In this document: positions 10,787-24,159 of the stretch, in pieces | Position numbering within the stretch: the stretch's first letter is position 1 | How the letters are laid out: each line of letters opens with the position of its first letter | Source of the DNA: Chiloscyllium plagiosum | Taxonomy: Eukaryota | Length of the DNA: 64,000 bases | Direction of reading: 5' to 3' | Assembly (NCBI RefSeq): GCF_004010195.1 | Contig: NC_057713.1 | Coordinates: forward strand, 85,728,534-85,792,533 | Notes under the pieces: model-generated | What the model saw: only the letters and a program-made list of their open reading frames with translations | What the model was told of the DNA's origin: nothing | Database searches by the model: none | Program-made: the position numbers and the translations under genes

Positions 10787-13374
10787 GCCCTACCCCCATT
10801 CAAACCAGAATATCATCAGATTAGGTGGTGTTTAATCCAGTCTCCAACATGAATCACTTCAGAACTGTTACCTTATACAGCACATGCTACTGCCATAATC
10901 GAGTTCATTACTTCTTCACAATGTGTCGTCAGTGAAGTACTGTCTTTGATATAGGGAGGCATGGTAGGTTGCAATGAACATACATTAATATGAGGACATG
11001 AGGAGGACCTTTTGAATTTATGAACAGTCCCATAAAAATTGGCCTTACGACAGGAAATTTACAGAAGAATACTATCCCACGATGGAATTCCTGGCCCTGT
11101 CAGGAATGTCAGATAATGCCTAGATCAAGGTCCACAAGACCATGGTGATGATTAGAAATCCGAGGAATGGGGTTGGGAATCATGGAGTCAGTTCCTTAGT
11201 ACCATTCTTTAAGGACTCCTTATTCAGTGAAAATCTGGTCCATTAGATCTAAATTTTGGATCTATATTTGATAAAAACAAAATTAGTCTGTCTGATATAT
11301 GATGAAAACAGAAACTGCTTTGTCATGTCTGCTGCAACTGATGTTTCAGTCAGTTTATAACATGTTTGTGTCCTGATTTTTTTAATAGAGGGAATAATTG
11401 ACTTTGAAACACATTTTGAATAAGATCTGACATGTAACAAACAAATTGCTCAAACTTGATGTCATAAGTCAACTTTTGGAATGAAAAGTTGATTGGGGCA
11501 TAATTATCAGGGCAGTTTCAAGTCAGGGTATTAAAAACCTCAAACTTTCTGATATCCAAAGGGTCTCTTTCTTTTCTGCTCAATGTATAGAGCTGCATGT
11601 AGCAACCAACATACACTGTTCACTGTTGACAGGATAGTCAATCTGCACGGTCACACCTGTTACCAAGAGAAGGCCTTTCAAACCATTACCGTGGAAATGA
11701 TTGAGAAAGTGAACAAGGAAGGATTAGTGAGTTCATTTTGGTCCAATAATGTAAGCAAACATTCCATTTCTACAGTGACAAACACTCAATCAATATCAAT
11801 CAGGCTGTGTACCTGCCCCTCTGTGACAAGAGATGGATTTGCTTTTGTCTGTACAGGCACAGACTTGCTAATGCATTTACTTGTTCTCCAGATAAGAGGT
11901 AGCTGCCACCATAGAAGAGTAGGGAAAAAGCTCCACAATTGTAGCACCTGTTATAGTTCTCAAGAACCGAAACACATTCATCCTATTGGGGTGAGATGAT
12001 AGGAGATAGAATGGGGAAGGCTTAGCAGAGGTTACTTGCAGTAGTCAGCAGTGAACTCTGCGAAATACCAGGGTTTAGGTAGTAGCGACAGAGAATCGGC
12101 AATGGGAGGAATGGAGGTTGTGCACAACTGGTCAGTTGATGAGTCCTGCTGGAGTTTAGCCCCGTACTGTACAGTGACCTTCCAATGTTGCATTTCTTTA
12201 AAAATAAGTCTAGATACTAAACACAAATAGCACAAGCAAATCTAGCCAATCTCCAACAAATATTCAAGTGTACGTAGTTTCTAATTGGAGGCACAGATTA
12301 ATGATGGGCAACAGAAATCTCATGCGATTTTCTTTTCCTTGATTAATGCTCCAATGATATAATTGTAGCGGTCTTGTTACTGTCACAGTTCAGACTGCCT
12401 GTATCTGCACATACAGGGAAATAAGCCCAGCGCTTTTGCTGCAAAATGAACTTAGACACCGAGAAAACATGTTTCACTGGAAGAGAAATCAAGAAAAAGA
12501 GCAACAAGGACATGGTGATTAGTTAAAATACAATCCGTTCCCATGATTGGACTATTATGGTACCTTTGGCTACCTACTGCTACCTACTGCATCGTACTTT
12601 TCCTTGTAACACTCATAGAAATTACAACACAGGAGGAGGCTATTCCACTATTGAGCCTACCCTAGTGCTGGCTCCTTCTCTGGAGATATCTAATCCCATT
12701 TGCCAGTTTTTTTCCTGTATTTCTTTATATTTTTACATGCCAAATATATACTCACTGTTACAGTCTCAGGGGCAGGAGCTACTTTAGCAATTTGTATTTC
12801 TGAAAACCCTTTCTGAAACATTCTGAAAATGTTTCCTTTACTCTTCTAGTAATATCTAAACCTTCATCTGTCCATGCTCTGGGTGGCTGTGCTCTGTCGT
12901 CTTGCAATGTATTTACCATATGAGTCTAGGGGGATATTCTAACCCATTCTGTGTTATTTTCAGTTCCATTTAGCAACAGATGAATGGATGCTCTGCCATC
13001 GATTGTAGTAAGGGCTAGTGAATCATATCTTTCCATCATGTGCAATGTGGTAGCAATGATAGTTCTCTATATGAAAGGCCAACCCAAGCAGGTTTTTGAA
13101 AGTGCTTGAAGCAACTTCTCTTGGCATTTTTTCATGTACTCATTGTTAGCAGAACCTCTGGTTGCTAATCAGGCCCAATGTGGCACTGACATACCCACCC
13201 ACTTTGCAAATGAAGATGGAGTCCCTGCTAGGAACAATTGTATTTATCCTTCTCCTCCTTTTCTCCTCAGTCAAAGATCTCTGTAGCATTCTTGATGTAG
13301 CATCTCGAGGAATCACTCTTTGCGTGTGCTTCTCATTAGCAATAATAGCTGCAGCACACAGAGAGGGATTTTTA

Positions 13375-13800
13375 AAAAATAAGTTCATGGCATGTGGGTG
13401 CCACTGTCTGGGCCAGCATCTTTTTTCCCATCCCTAGATGCCCTCAAGAAGGTCAGCTGCCTTCTTGAACTGCTAGAGTCCATGTGCTTCCCCCCAATGC
13501 CCTAAAAGCCATGAGGGTGGGAGTTGACTGAGCAACAGTGAAGGAACGGCGATACTTCTTCAAGTCAGGATGATGTGCCGCTTGGAGGTGAATTTGCAGA
13601 TGAAGTTATTCCCATATATCTGCAGCCTTTGTCCCTCTAGATGGGGTGCACTCTGCCTGTGATAAAGAGTGTGGATGGCAATAGATGTGGCACTAATCAA
13701 GCAGACTGTTCTGTCTTGGATGGTATTGAGCTCTTTGAGTGTTGCTGAGGCTGCACTCATCCAGGAAAGTGGACAGAGTACAGGAGAAGGTGTCCATGAC
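13375..13800 (-). mobile_element. CR1-group LINE 3' end
   Basis: ORF 13560-13802 WMSAASATLKELNTIQDRTVCLI; 3' end shared with the SINE at 15983-16325. Confidence 0.8.
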
Positions 13801-14984
13801 ATCAGTACAGAACGTTTAACTTAGTGTCTTATGGAAGGAGAGTGAAGATGATTGCTTTAGACATGTTAATTAAATCTATGTTCTAAAGCAGTAGTTGTTG
13901 TGCAATGTTTTGTAGCATATAACAAATGCACTGCTTGCTGTTTCGGAACTTTATCGTCCAGTAATGCTATTGAGTCAGTTGACCCGTCCCAAACATATAA
14001 GTTGTTTGAAGCAACACAAGACCAAATTTAAACACAGGCCTCTCCTTATACTATATTGTGGCTACAATTTCAGCGCACTGTTGTCTAATACACTTAAACA
14101 GGAAATATCCTGACAGCCTAGAAATGATGATTCTTTCAAGTTTACGGTTGAACATGTTCATGAAACATCTGCCCACCTTTTTAACACGCTCACTCAATCC
14201 AACGTTTCAAATGGACCAAAATGGCTACTAAGAAAGTAGACAACAGAGGCTGGAACCTCTTTCAGCGTTCAGCTTTGATGTCACCAATAGTCATATCTAA
14301 ACTACAGAAATGAACATTGCAGGCCACAATAGCAGCACATACTGTTGATCTCCCATGAGAACCAAAAAAAAACAGTTTGATGGGAAGTGAGATCCGAAGG
14401 CATCAGTCAAAAACTCAGCTGCAAGTCTCTGTGGGCCTTAAGCAGAGAAGTTTTTATATATTTTCTTAACCCTTTTGAAATGAGGCACTAGTGTCAGACA
14501 CACAAAGCAAAGATATTATCAAAGCATTGGAAGTTCTTTGAACCGGAAGTTCATACCCTGAGGTCACGGGGGCTTGGCCCTGTCGTCTAAACTGATGGAT
14601 GAGGTTTGAACACAGAAGCATTGGTTCTTACGATACTTAACCATCAAAGCTACAAGTACAACAATAATGTGTATTATTCTTGTTAATTGGTTGGGTATTT
14701 AAACAATCTTTTCATGTATGCTGTTTATTTTCCTTAAGAACATAACTGAGCTGTGAATTCATAAAGCAGTATTGTTCCAGTAAAATTCGAAAAGTTATGG
14801 AAACAGACTCATGGAGAAGGTAACAGTGGCTGTTAACGGTTTCTCAGAGAAGCATGAAGTATGGAGATAATCAGGACCCCATTATGAATAAAGCAAACTA
14901 TCGTACACTATCGTACACCTGTTTTTATGGCATGCAAGGAGATATTTTTAACATAATTGTAAACTGAAGAAAAAGTTTATAACT

Positions 14985-15335
14985 AACTCCTCAATCTCAA
15001 ATTCCCTTATCCCAAATCCAACCCTAACACCCCCAGTTCAAATGTTCAGTCCAAACCCCGAAATCCTAATTTTGTCTCCAATCAACCCCAAATCTCAATT
15101 CTCCAACTCAATCTCCAAACTCCCAACTTCGCTTTTCCCCGTTTAATCCCAACTACTTCAACACAATTGCCCTACAAACTCTCCCAATCCAATTGATTAC
15201 ACAAATGGTAGAAGATCCTTAAATGTTTAAATAGTCTACTCCTGTTCCTAGGTTCTAACTATGTAATCTAATCAATTCCCCAACACAACTTTCCCAACCA
15301 ACAGCCGAAACCTTCAATTCCAACCACTCAATTCA
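14985..15335. repeat. G-depleted low-complexity tract of degenerate CCCTAA/CCCAA/CTCAA units
   Basis: aaccctaac, aaaccccgaaatcctaa, aatctcaattctccaactcaatctccaaactcccaac; interrupted by a CR1-like tail at ~15205-15260. Confidence 0.6.
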
Positions 15336-15594
15336 ATACGCTTCAAAAACAAAGGAACTTGCCAATATTGCATTTAGCGTCATCCCACTCTGATAAGAGT
15401 ATATAAAGTGGTGTGCCAGTATAATGTTAATAAGGGAACCTTTCTCTGAAAGTTCCACACTCAGATTCAGTAAATATTCTTATCAGGCATATACCTTAAA
15501 CTGGAATGGTGTATTTCAGTCCCATTGTTGTGACACACCAGTGCAGTGTCATGGAGAGAGGATTAGTTTCCTAACATTGTCTTATCATCAATTA

Positions 15595-15792
15595 GGGAAG
15601 GAGGTGGCATAGTAGCAATGTCACTAGACTAACAATTAAGCGGCCTTCGAGCAATCTTCTAGGAATGTAGGTTCAAATCCTACCATAGCTGGTAGTGAAG
15701 TTTGAATTCAATAAAGACCTGACCTAATGGTCACATGTAGCCACATCAGTCATTGTTTAAAAAACCCTTCTAGTTTACTGATGTAATTTAGG
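15595..15792 (+). mobile_element. tRNA-derived SINE, truncated (same family as 15983-16325)
   Basis: gtggcatagtagcaatgtcactagacta...ggttcaaatcc...tttgaattcaataa. Confidence 0.7.
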
Positions 15793-15982
15793 GCACAAAT
15801 ATGGGATACATTCAGAAAGGTTACAGCAAATTGTTTGAGGTTATATTCCAAACAACAAATGAGACCATTCAAATAAAATGTCATCCAGAAAACACTGGAA
15901 ATGAAAGGGAGAATATATAATGCAAAAAGACCAATTTAATGTAGCATACACAAAGTACAGTGCAAGTGTGAATGGATGAATG

Positions 15983-16325
15983 GGGAGGCGAAGGTCTTGT
16001 GGTATTAACCTGGACTGTTAATTCAGAGACTCAGATAATGTGCTGGGAACATGGGTTCAAATCCCATCACGGCAGAATTTGAATTCAATAAATATCTGGA
16101 ATTAAGAATCTAATGAGACCATGAAACCATTGTTGGAAAAAAGCCCATCTGACTCACTAATGTCCTTAAGTGAAGGGAACTGCCATCCTTAACTTGTCTG
16201 GTCTATGTGTGACTCCTGACCCACAGCAATGTGGTTGACTCCTAACTGCCCTTTGGACAATTAGAGATGGGCAATAAATACTGGCCTAGCCAGTGACATC
16301 CTCATCCTGTGAATGAATAAACAGA
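15983..16325 (+). mobile_element. tRNA-derived SINE with CR1-derived 3' tail, full length
   Basis: A-box region ggtcttgtggtatt, B-box gggttcaaatccc; ends gatgggcaataaatactggcctagccagtgac...tgaatgaataaa. Confidence 0.85.
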
Positions 16326-16953
16326 AGTTCAAAAAGAAAAATTAGTGCTGAAAAGCAAAACTTGAATTTATGTAGCATGTCGTCAGATGCTCAGGGCCAT
16401 CTTCATAAGAACCAAAGTGCTTTTTGTAGAACTGACTCTTTTGCAGAGCATACATTGGGATATTGTGTAGCTTTAATCTGACATTTATTATCATCTTTCT
16501 ACATCAAGGATTAACTGAGTATGACACAGGGCTTCTGAAAAATCTACAAGGTAACCATAACAAAGAGATAAACTGAGAAGGGTGCTGTCAGTAAGGAAAA
16601 CTGCAAAACACATCAATCACTGAGAACTTTGCCAAAGCCTCTATCTGTGATGAGAGTAGATTGGATAGCAGTGCGACAGGTGAGAAGCCTTTTGCATTGT
16701 ATTGACTTTAAGCAGATGGTTCATGAGAGCACAGCTTGTGAATGCTTTCAGGTACAGTGAAGGGATGCTTGGCAGATGTATGCATGCCTTCTACCATTTG
16801 AGGAATCTGCCCCTGGGATTGTGTGTTTTAACAAGTTCAATCATAGTAAAGCAAACTGGTTTCTTTTTAAATCTGGTCCCCTGGTAGCTAGTCCCAGCAT
16901 GTTTACTCTTGACCAGCTGGTAACAGCATAATGCCCAGGAACTGGGATGTTTA

Positions 16954-17105
16954 TTGGGCATAACCCCTTCATCACCATTCCTAATGAAGGGCTTATGCCC
17001 AAAACGTCAATTCCTCTGTTCCTCGGATGTTGTCTAACCGGCTGTGCTTTTCCAGCAACACACTGTCAACTCTGATCTCCAGCATCTGCAGTCCTCACTT
17101 TCTCT
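16954..17105 (+). mobile_element. PLE family A mini-insertion, short inverted arm, degenerate hammerhead, 15-bp TSD
   Basis: GAACTGGGATGTTTA at 16939-16953 and 17106-17120; cctaatgaagggcttatgcccaaaacgtc; complete tail ctctgatctccagcatctgcagtcctcactttctc. Confidence 0.85.
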
Positions 17106-17264
17106 GAACTGGGATGTTTACCATGTCCACAAAGCACAGTATAGAACTTGCTTGGAACAAGTACCAATAGATTATAGGTGTCCCATTTTCCTATATTGCC
17201 TACACTCACATGTGACTTTGGTCCCTTGGCAGTCCCAGGATTCTGTGCCTGTCTTTCTTGCAGC

Positions 17265-17383
17265 AGTAGGGGAATGGGTCTGGGTGGGTTGCACTTTGGC
17301 GGGTCGGTGTGGACTTGTTGGGCCGAAAGGCCTGTTTCCACACTGTAAGTAATCTGATCTAATCTAATCTAATCTAATTTAAT
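17265..17383 (+). mobile_element. HE1 SINE 3' fragment with (TAATC)n tail
   Basis: gggtcggtgtggacttgttgggccgaaaggcctgtttccacactgtaagtaatctgatctaatctaatc. Confidence 0.9.
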
Positions 17384-18169
17384 CAGTAACAGCAACCCAA
17401 TGAAAGCCTGCTTTTGGCCAGCAGCTCTTGGTTGCTGGGACCTCTGCCCCTGGGTTTTGAATCCTATGAAAAGCCCATCACTGGCCTTGTCATTGCCAGA
17501 GTGCTTCATGGTTCAACCTACTATCTCAAAAAGAGGCAACATAGATCTCTGCCCAGCATCCAGCAGCAAGCGAGATCCATGATGCGTCAATAAGATTCCA
17601 TCCTTTATTCCAAGAGCATTCCAAATGAAAGGTGAAGTTTGTCTTAGGGTGGAATGCAATGATGCATCCTATTATCTGCTTTTGGTTGTGATTGAAGGCA
17701 GTGATATCTCTCTGATGCGAAGGAATTAAGAAAATGTGGTTAAAGGAGATGACTTATTCGGAGGAGGGGTCTCTAAGTGTATGTGTGATATTGAGGAAGT
17801 GCTGAGGACACAAATAAGTCTTTCAGCAAGGAGAACCAAATGATAAACTTAGGCATAACAAGGCAGAGGTCAAAGTGAAAGACAATGTATCATCAACAAT
17901 CGCACAGACTAGGTCAGTATGTTTCGCAAAATTAGGGACAAGAAGTGAACAGCTGGATAGTCTGAAAAGAATAGGGACAATTAATGTGAAGAGTAGCAAA
18001 TAGACTGCACCAATGGAGATTATAAGTGAACAGTAAATAGAATGATGAAGAATATAATTTATCCTCTGCCTACGAGTGAAGATTTGTTTTCTCAATTAGT
18101 TAATAGAAAATTGTTCATTAAGTCGGATTGTGCAAACATCCCCACTTTGTACCTTATTATTTCCTTTGT

Positions 18170-18540
18170 GTTGTTAGTGGTGTAATGGTAATGTTAGTGG
18201 ATTAGTAATCCAGAGGTTCAGCCGAATGCTGTTCGGGACATTGGGGAGGTATGTGGAATTAAACTTCAATTAATAAATCTGAAACAGGAAGATAGTTTCA
18301 TGGTCACCTTCATTGAAACTATCATCAACCTGTCTGCTTCACTGATGTCATTGAGGGAAGGAAATATATTGTCTTTACCTGGTCTGACCTACTTGGAGCT
18401 CTACATCCACAGCACTGCGGTTGATTCTTAATTACCCTCTAAAATGGTCCAGTTGGCTGTTCAATTCATGAGACATTAGGGATGAACAAAAAATATTGGC
18501 CTTTACAGTGACACCTACATCCCATTAAAAATAAATAAAT
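18170..18540 (+). mobile_element. tRNA-derived SINE, older copy (family of 15983-16325)
   Basis: gtggtgtaatggtaatgttagtggattagtaatccagagg...gggatgaacaaaaaatattggcc...aaataaataaat. Confidence 0.7.
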
Positions 18541-18544
18541 AATC

Positions 18545-19205
18545 AAAGGAAGGTCATTGATGTAGTAGTCGAAGATGGTTGAGCCTTGGAGACTACCCTG
18601 AGAAATTCTGGCATTAATGTCATTGACCTTACATAATCGATCTCCAATAGCCACAACCGTTTTCCTTTGTGCTAGACATGATTCCAACCAACAGAGAGTC
18701 ATCCCTCTCCACCCCCACTTCTCATTGTCTCCAGCTTTGTCAGGGGTTCTTGATGCCGTATCTGGGTAAATGTAGCCTTGATCTCAAGTGCTGTCATTCT
18801 CACCTCACCTCTGGAGTTCAGTTCTTTTGTCCACATTTGGTCCAAGGCTGTAATGCGGTCAAGTGCTGAACCTAATTGGGCATCAGTGAGAAGCAAATGC
18901 TAGTTGACAATTCTGATGGTGACCACTCTCTTCACTTTGCTCATAGTAGCAAGTAGATTGATTGGGTAGTCATTGCATTTGTAATTTTTGCAGAAAGGAC
19001 ATACCTGAGCAATTTTCTATATTGTCAGGTAGATGCCAGTGTTGTCACTGCACTGTAATAGCTTGGCTAGTGCTGCAGCTAAGTCTGGAACATGAGTGTT
19101 CAGTGCTATTGCCAGAATGCTTTCACAGCCCACAATCTCCTTGGTAGTCAATGCCTTCAGGGCTGACCTAATATCTTGTGGAGTGAATCGAGTTGACAGT
19201 GATTC
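18545..19205 (-). mobile_element. CR1-group LINE RT fragment
   Basis: Minus ORFs: FTPQDIRSALKAL, LAAALAKLLQCS, ITALDQMWTKELNSRGEVRMTALEIKATF, SQGSLQGSTIFDYYINDLP. Confidence 0.85.
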
Positions 19206-21369
19206 ACTTAAGAAGATATTAAAACAGATTCCCAAAAGTTTGTATGGAGAATAGATTTTAAGAAGTTTATTAAATGGAGAGAGAGAGATAATGAGGTGGA
19301 GAAGCTTAAGAACAAAGTTCCAGTGCTTAAGGCTGAGACAGGGAAGGTGATCAGGGAAGAGAATTGCAGGAACGCAAAATGCTCAGAGAAGTTTCTGGGT
19401 TAAATTCCAATTGGAGATGGTGATAACTGACAACATAGATAAATGTTTAATATACAGCGACATTCAATGAAGGATGTAATGCTTTGGGAAGGCAAAGATA
19501 ATTAATGTTTTTTATCCTCACAATTTAGCCTGCCCTCAAGGGGCATGCTAAGGTACCATATCTTCAGTATTAGCAGCTGCCCAGAACCTTGCTGTGTAGC
19601 CATTCTCTACCTGTAATCTAAGGTCATGAGCACCATCTAACCACAGTAAGCATTGCAGCCTCTCTACCATGAAAGTTCTTCTGACCTGGGATGCTGCCAA
19701 TCCTAGGATTTTACGCTACTCCAGTGCCTCTTCCTGTGCAGTGAAAGGAATGGAATGCTAGCAAGACATCAGTGTAGTGTTAATGAAACAATATTACTAA
19801 AAGTGCATGAACGTGTGGTTTAACACAAATAACACTCAGCTCATTTTTTCCTTAAAACAAACACATTCATGTCTATTATATGGTGTGTAAAATTCCTTGG
19901 TCTGCATTTCTGACTCTATTTGAAATCAAATTCAATCTGAGAATAAACAGAATTGATACCATTTTGCAAAATCATAAATGAATTGATCATTTTGATGTCT
20001 TCAAAGCTTGAACTGCATAGGTGACTGCTGGCATAAGACAGATGTCCTTACTGTTTGCTACTGAAAATATCACTCTGTCAAACTGGGCCATGAAAGAAGT
20101 GAGGTAAGTCCCTGTGATTAGTGTCACATAGTAGTTTAAAGGTTTAAAATTTAAAGCTTTTAACTTAAAGAATTTTATTTAAAGTTTTGCCTTAATACAT
20201 GCCAAATATGTGTAGGAAATATGCTTAAGAATGCTTGTACATGGACAAAGTCCTCTTATCAAGACGTGGACAGGAGTTACTGGCTGGGTCTGGGTTCCTG
20301 AATTGAGTTTCAGTACTTGAAGGAAATTACTTTACTGACTGCCAGCCAAGAACAGTTATGCAAATTTCCCTGAGTGAAATCATCAATTTTCACAAACATG
20401 TTTAATTATGTCCAAAGATGGCTTTGGAAAGCCAACTCCTAGGTCCCTGGATTAGAATGACAGCCCTGTACGAATTGATTCTATGATTCAGGAGCATGAT
20501 TAAATGAACTTCAAGAGGAACATAACCCCAAAAATAGCATCAGGAATTCTGTGGAATGTATAAGTGTTTTATAGGCAATGTAATGTAGGTAAACTAAATC
20601 ACAGTTTTCCACACATTGTTCACAAGTCCCATCTACGTTCAGTCTATCATTAGAGATTGATGATGTCCACTAGAGTTAATCAGGAAGAAGCCCAATGATT
20701 TTTCATTGTTTTGTTATAGAATCTTAAAGCAAAGAGAGAAGCAATTTAGTGTGTCAATTCTGTGCCAGTGCATTAAAGGAGCTTACCCGATTAAATTGGA
20801 AATCAAAGTGCATTCAAACAAGGAGAGGCCTGTAATTCAAGAGGGTGGTGTTCATGGTTTGAAGTTTAACAGTAACAGAGCTGACATTGCTGCATCACAA
20901 GTCACACTCATCTGTTTTGCACCATCCTCATACATCCATTCCATCTCAGCTGTAACTACTCTGTGACATCCATCATAGAACTACCCCAGTTTGACCTCTT
21001 TAATTCCTGTTGTCTATTTTGCCACCTCAAACAAAGTCTCGGTAGCTGTTCAGCTCTGATCAAGTGGCTGAAGTACTGGCTTTTTCTTTTCTGGACATCA
21101 CTATTTGGAGTTCTTTTAATTTCAAGTACCTCTTCATTGCAAAATATTTGCTGATACTAATGGTCCATCAATGAGTTCTGACTGTGCAAGGTCATTCTGA
21201 TTTTTTAAAATTCTCTGCATGCACAAGCCATTTGTTTAAAAAATTACAAGATTCTACTTTGCTTGTTACATGTTACTACATGTACTAATTTATACATTCA
21301 TTCAGATTGTTTCATTTTTGTGTTTTTACGAATTTTTAATCATTCTTTTTAAAAGTTTGTTTGACATTT

Positions 21370-21650
21370 ATTGCTTCTACTGCACATGGATGTCAGAAGA
21401 TGCAGCCTTTACCCTATGGTCCATGTATGGAGTTTTTAGCTGATGTCACAGCACCCACATTTCAAAGGCCTTTTTTTTCACTTAGTGTCAAGGTTGCTGA
21501 GACAAACAGGAATGTGGATCAATGTGCTTTTTGAGTTTTCTTGTTGTTAACACAACTTTCACCTTCGTAAAATTACCTCTGGCCACATCTATCCTTCTAG
21601 CTTCTGCATTACATCTGCCATCTTCTGTGATGATTTGCAATACAGAGTTA
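21370..21650 (-). mobile_element. RTE-clade LINE RT C-terminal fragment
   Basis: IITEDGRCNAEARRIDVARGNFTKVKVVLTTRKL followed by AFEMWVL, typical of RTE ORF ends. Confidence 0.75.
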
Positions 21651-22126
21651 TTATTTTTGCTTTTTCTTTGCAGGATTGGGTAGTACTGGCAGAAGATGGA
21701 TTGGGTGCTAGAGTGGATCCACAATATAATTTCAGCTTTGGCTCTAGATAGTTTTCACATCAATTCCTTCACTAACCTGCTGTGAAAAGAGAGAAACAAC
21801 CTTAGCCCAGCTCCTAAAAGCTGTAAGCAAGGCTGAATTGTTCATGTTGAGGTCGATTTTGACTCCCACAGAATATTTGATGATGCAGAAAGTTCTTGCA
21901 GTTTTTCATTATCTAACAGCGACGAAATAATTTCCCTTCTGGTTACAATGGAATTACATTAATAAAGCATTGAGAATGCACAGATCCAAAACAACACATA
22001 CTTTGTTGATGCAGATTGATAATTTGGTGTGTGTTAGCAGTAGAAAGGAGAGACTCTGTTAGGCTGATTCAGTTCTGATTGTACATTTAGAGATATATTC
22101 ATTAGGGTTGATTATAACTGATTCCA

Positions 22127-22311
22127 GGCGGAAGTGAGGATTGCAGATGCTGGAGATCAGAGTCAAGATTAGAGTAGTGCTGGAAATCGACATTTCAGGC
22201 AGGATCCCTTCATCAGGAAGTTCCTGATGAAGGGCTCCTGCCCAAAATGTCGATTTTCCTGCTCCTCAGATGCTGCCTAACCTGCTGTGCTTTTCCAGCA
22301 CCACTCTAATC
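22127..22311 (-). mobile_element. PLE family A fold-back mini-insertion with back-to-back hammerhead motifs, 14-bp TSD
   Basis: TATAA(C/T)TGATTCCA at 22113-22126 and 22312-22325; central CCCTTCATCAGGAA-G-TTCCTGATGAAGGG at 22206-22234. Confidence 0.85.
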
Positions 22312-23719
22312 TATAATTGATTCCACCTAGTACTAACGGATTGCGAACAATCTGAGAACAGGATCAGGGCCTTGTTTTCCTCAGTAGTAACATGGACTGC
22401 TACCACCATAGGATGTTTCATTCCATTATGTCAACCCACACCCGAATCTTACCTTATTGGCAGCTGCCGGGGTGGTGAGTAGGCCAAGTCTGGCATTGGC
22501 CACACCTGTTTGGTACCTCAAAGCTTGATGATCCAGCATAAATGAGGCTGGTACCTCTTTATCTTGGAAATGGGACACTGGCCATTCAAAGATCAGAATC
22601 ACCTTCATGGTAACCTCCACATACCATTCAGTTATTATTACCCTCTCCTCCTGAAATTAGGTAAAAATAATTTGCATTGCTGTTGAAGTGTTTCATCTTG
22701 CACTTGTCAGGATAGATGGAAGAATGCCACATTTCAAAAGGAGCAACAATTGTTTCTACCTGGGAAATAAACATGCTTTAAAGATAACACAATCTCTCCT
22801 TTCCACTGTTAATTTGCACGTATCACTCTCAAACCTGAAAATTTGGGATAGGGCTAATGAAAAACTGAACTGGTTTTGACAAAACCACTGAAGACCACTA
22901 TGGTAACTTCACTTAACTTGGAGCAATGTCTTTCATTTCTCTCATGGTTGGTAGTTTATCAAAATAGATTGATTGCCTGACCACCATAAAATGCAATTGA
23001 TTTCTATTCCACTCATTTCTATAGCTCTAATATAGAAATGAAAAGTGATCTGTTCTGACAGATTACAGCTCACACAGTGAAGGTGAAAATGTACCTCCTT
23101 GAATGTTGAGTCATAGAAGGCAATTATTTGTTCTTGTCCTATAAAAACTGCTGTTCTGATCCAGGTGTGGATGAGCGAATGTTAATTCAGGAATAAATGA
23201 ACGCTTGTTTAATATTACCATGTAAGGTCAATAAAAGCATCCTCAATTTTAAGGGGAGCAAGGAGAATGAACACTCCTATAACAATCCTAATTTCAAGCA
23301 GCTACACTCAGTGGGATGCACGCCTTGAAATTGATGGTGTTCCTGAGATCTGAGGTCCTTCAGGATGTTTTCTAGCCTTTTGTTAGCTGTAACTAATGCT
23401 TTTGTTGAAGCATGCTATCATAGGTCCTGTACATCTCCTTCCAGAATCTACTGCCTAACTTGGGAGATAAGCCATTCTTTCTGATCAGACCTTCCTGATT
23501 ATCTGTGTGGGAGGAAACACTGATATGGTACGACTTCGGTGAAGGACATCGCATTAATTGTTTGTAATCAAAGGCACAACACAGTTGTCGTGGATGTATC
23601 CAGGAATAGACTGGCTACTGTGATCTTAGGCAAAGACTTGCAGCTCCACCCTTGCTAATGTTTTGGACATTGACATTGTTCCTCTAAGTTAATTTTATGC
23701 TATTGTGTGTTATTGCAGC

Positions 23720-23832
23720 CAGATGGAGTGGCTCTCCAAAAGCTAGTGCTTCCAAATAAACCTGTCGGACTATAATTTGGTGTTGTCTGATTTTTAACTT
23801 TGTCCACCCCAGTCCAACACTGGCATCTCTAA
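23720..23832 (+). mobile_element. PLE family B 3' terminus with tail
   Basis: ctccaaaagctagtgcttccaaataaacctgtcggactataatttggtgttg...ttgtccaccccagtccaacactggcatctc. Confidence 0.75.
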
Positions 23833-24159
23833 CTTATTCTTCCTATTAAGAAACATTTTGCTTTCTAGCACTGCACTCTTCACCCATGAGGAGTAGACTT
23901 TGAAAAAAAACAGAGTAATTTAGTAACGACCTGTGTTACTGCTAAGAATCATTGATAGATGTTGATACAGGCCCAGTCATAGATTTGTTTAGTAAGGTAA
24001 GGCAAAGAAAACTCCCATGAAGGTCACTCAAGTGCTAAATAGCATTAGTGTCAAAAAAGGTTCAAAAATAGCCTGGAGTCATTTAACAAGAACAAGAAAT
24101 AACCGTGCCATTGAAGCTATCCTCCCAAAGCTGGCAAGTACCAGAGGATCATAATTCCA

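Noticed and set aside
11583-11999. 138-aa ORF in unique sequence
   Set aside because: No recognisable domain, random-looking composition, no convincing splice partners.
14898-14919. 10-bp tandem duplication actatcgtac (also tagtttaaag x2 at 25971-25990)
   Set aside because: Ordinary slippage or repair micro-duplications with no insert.
22127-22311. DNA-transposon MITE interpretation of the fold-back elements
   Set aside because: Arms are asymmetric, TSDs are long and variable (10-15 bp), and the same terminus is attached to a GIY-YIG ORF at 32698-33370.
23330-23660. Possible retroelement or viral coding fragment
   Set aside because: Looks coding-like, but I could not recover any recognisable motif in six frames.
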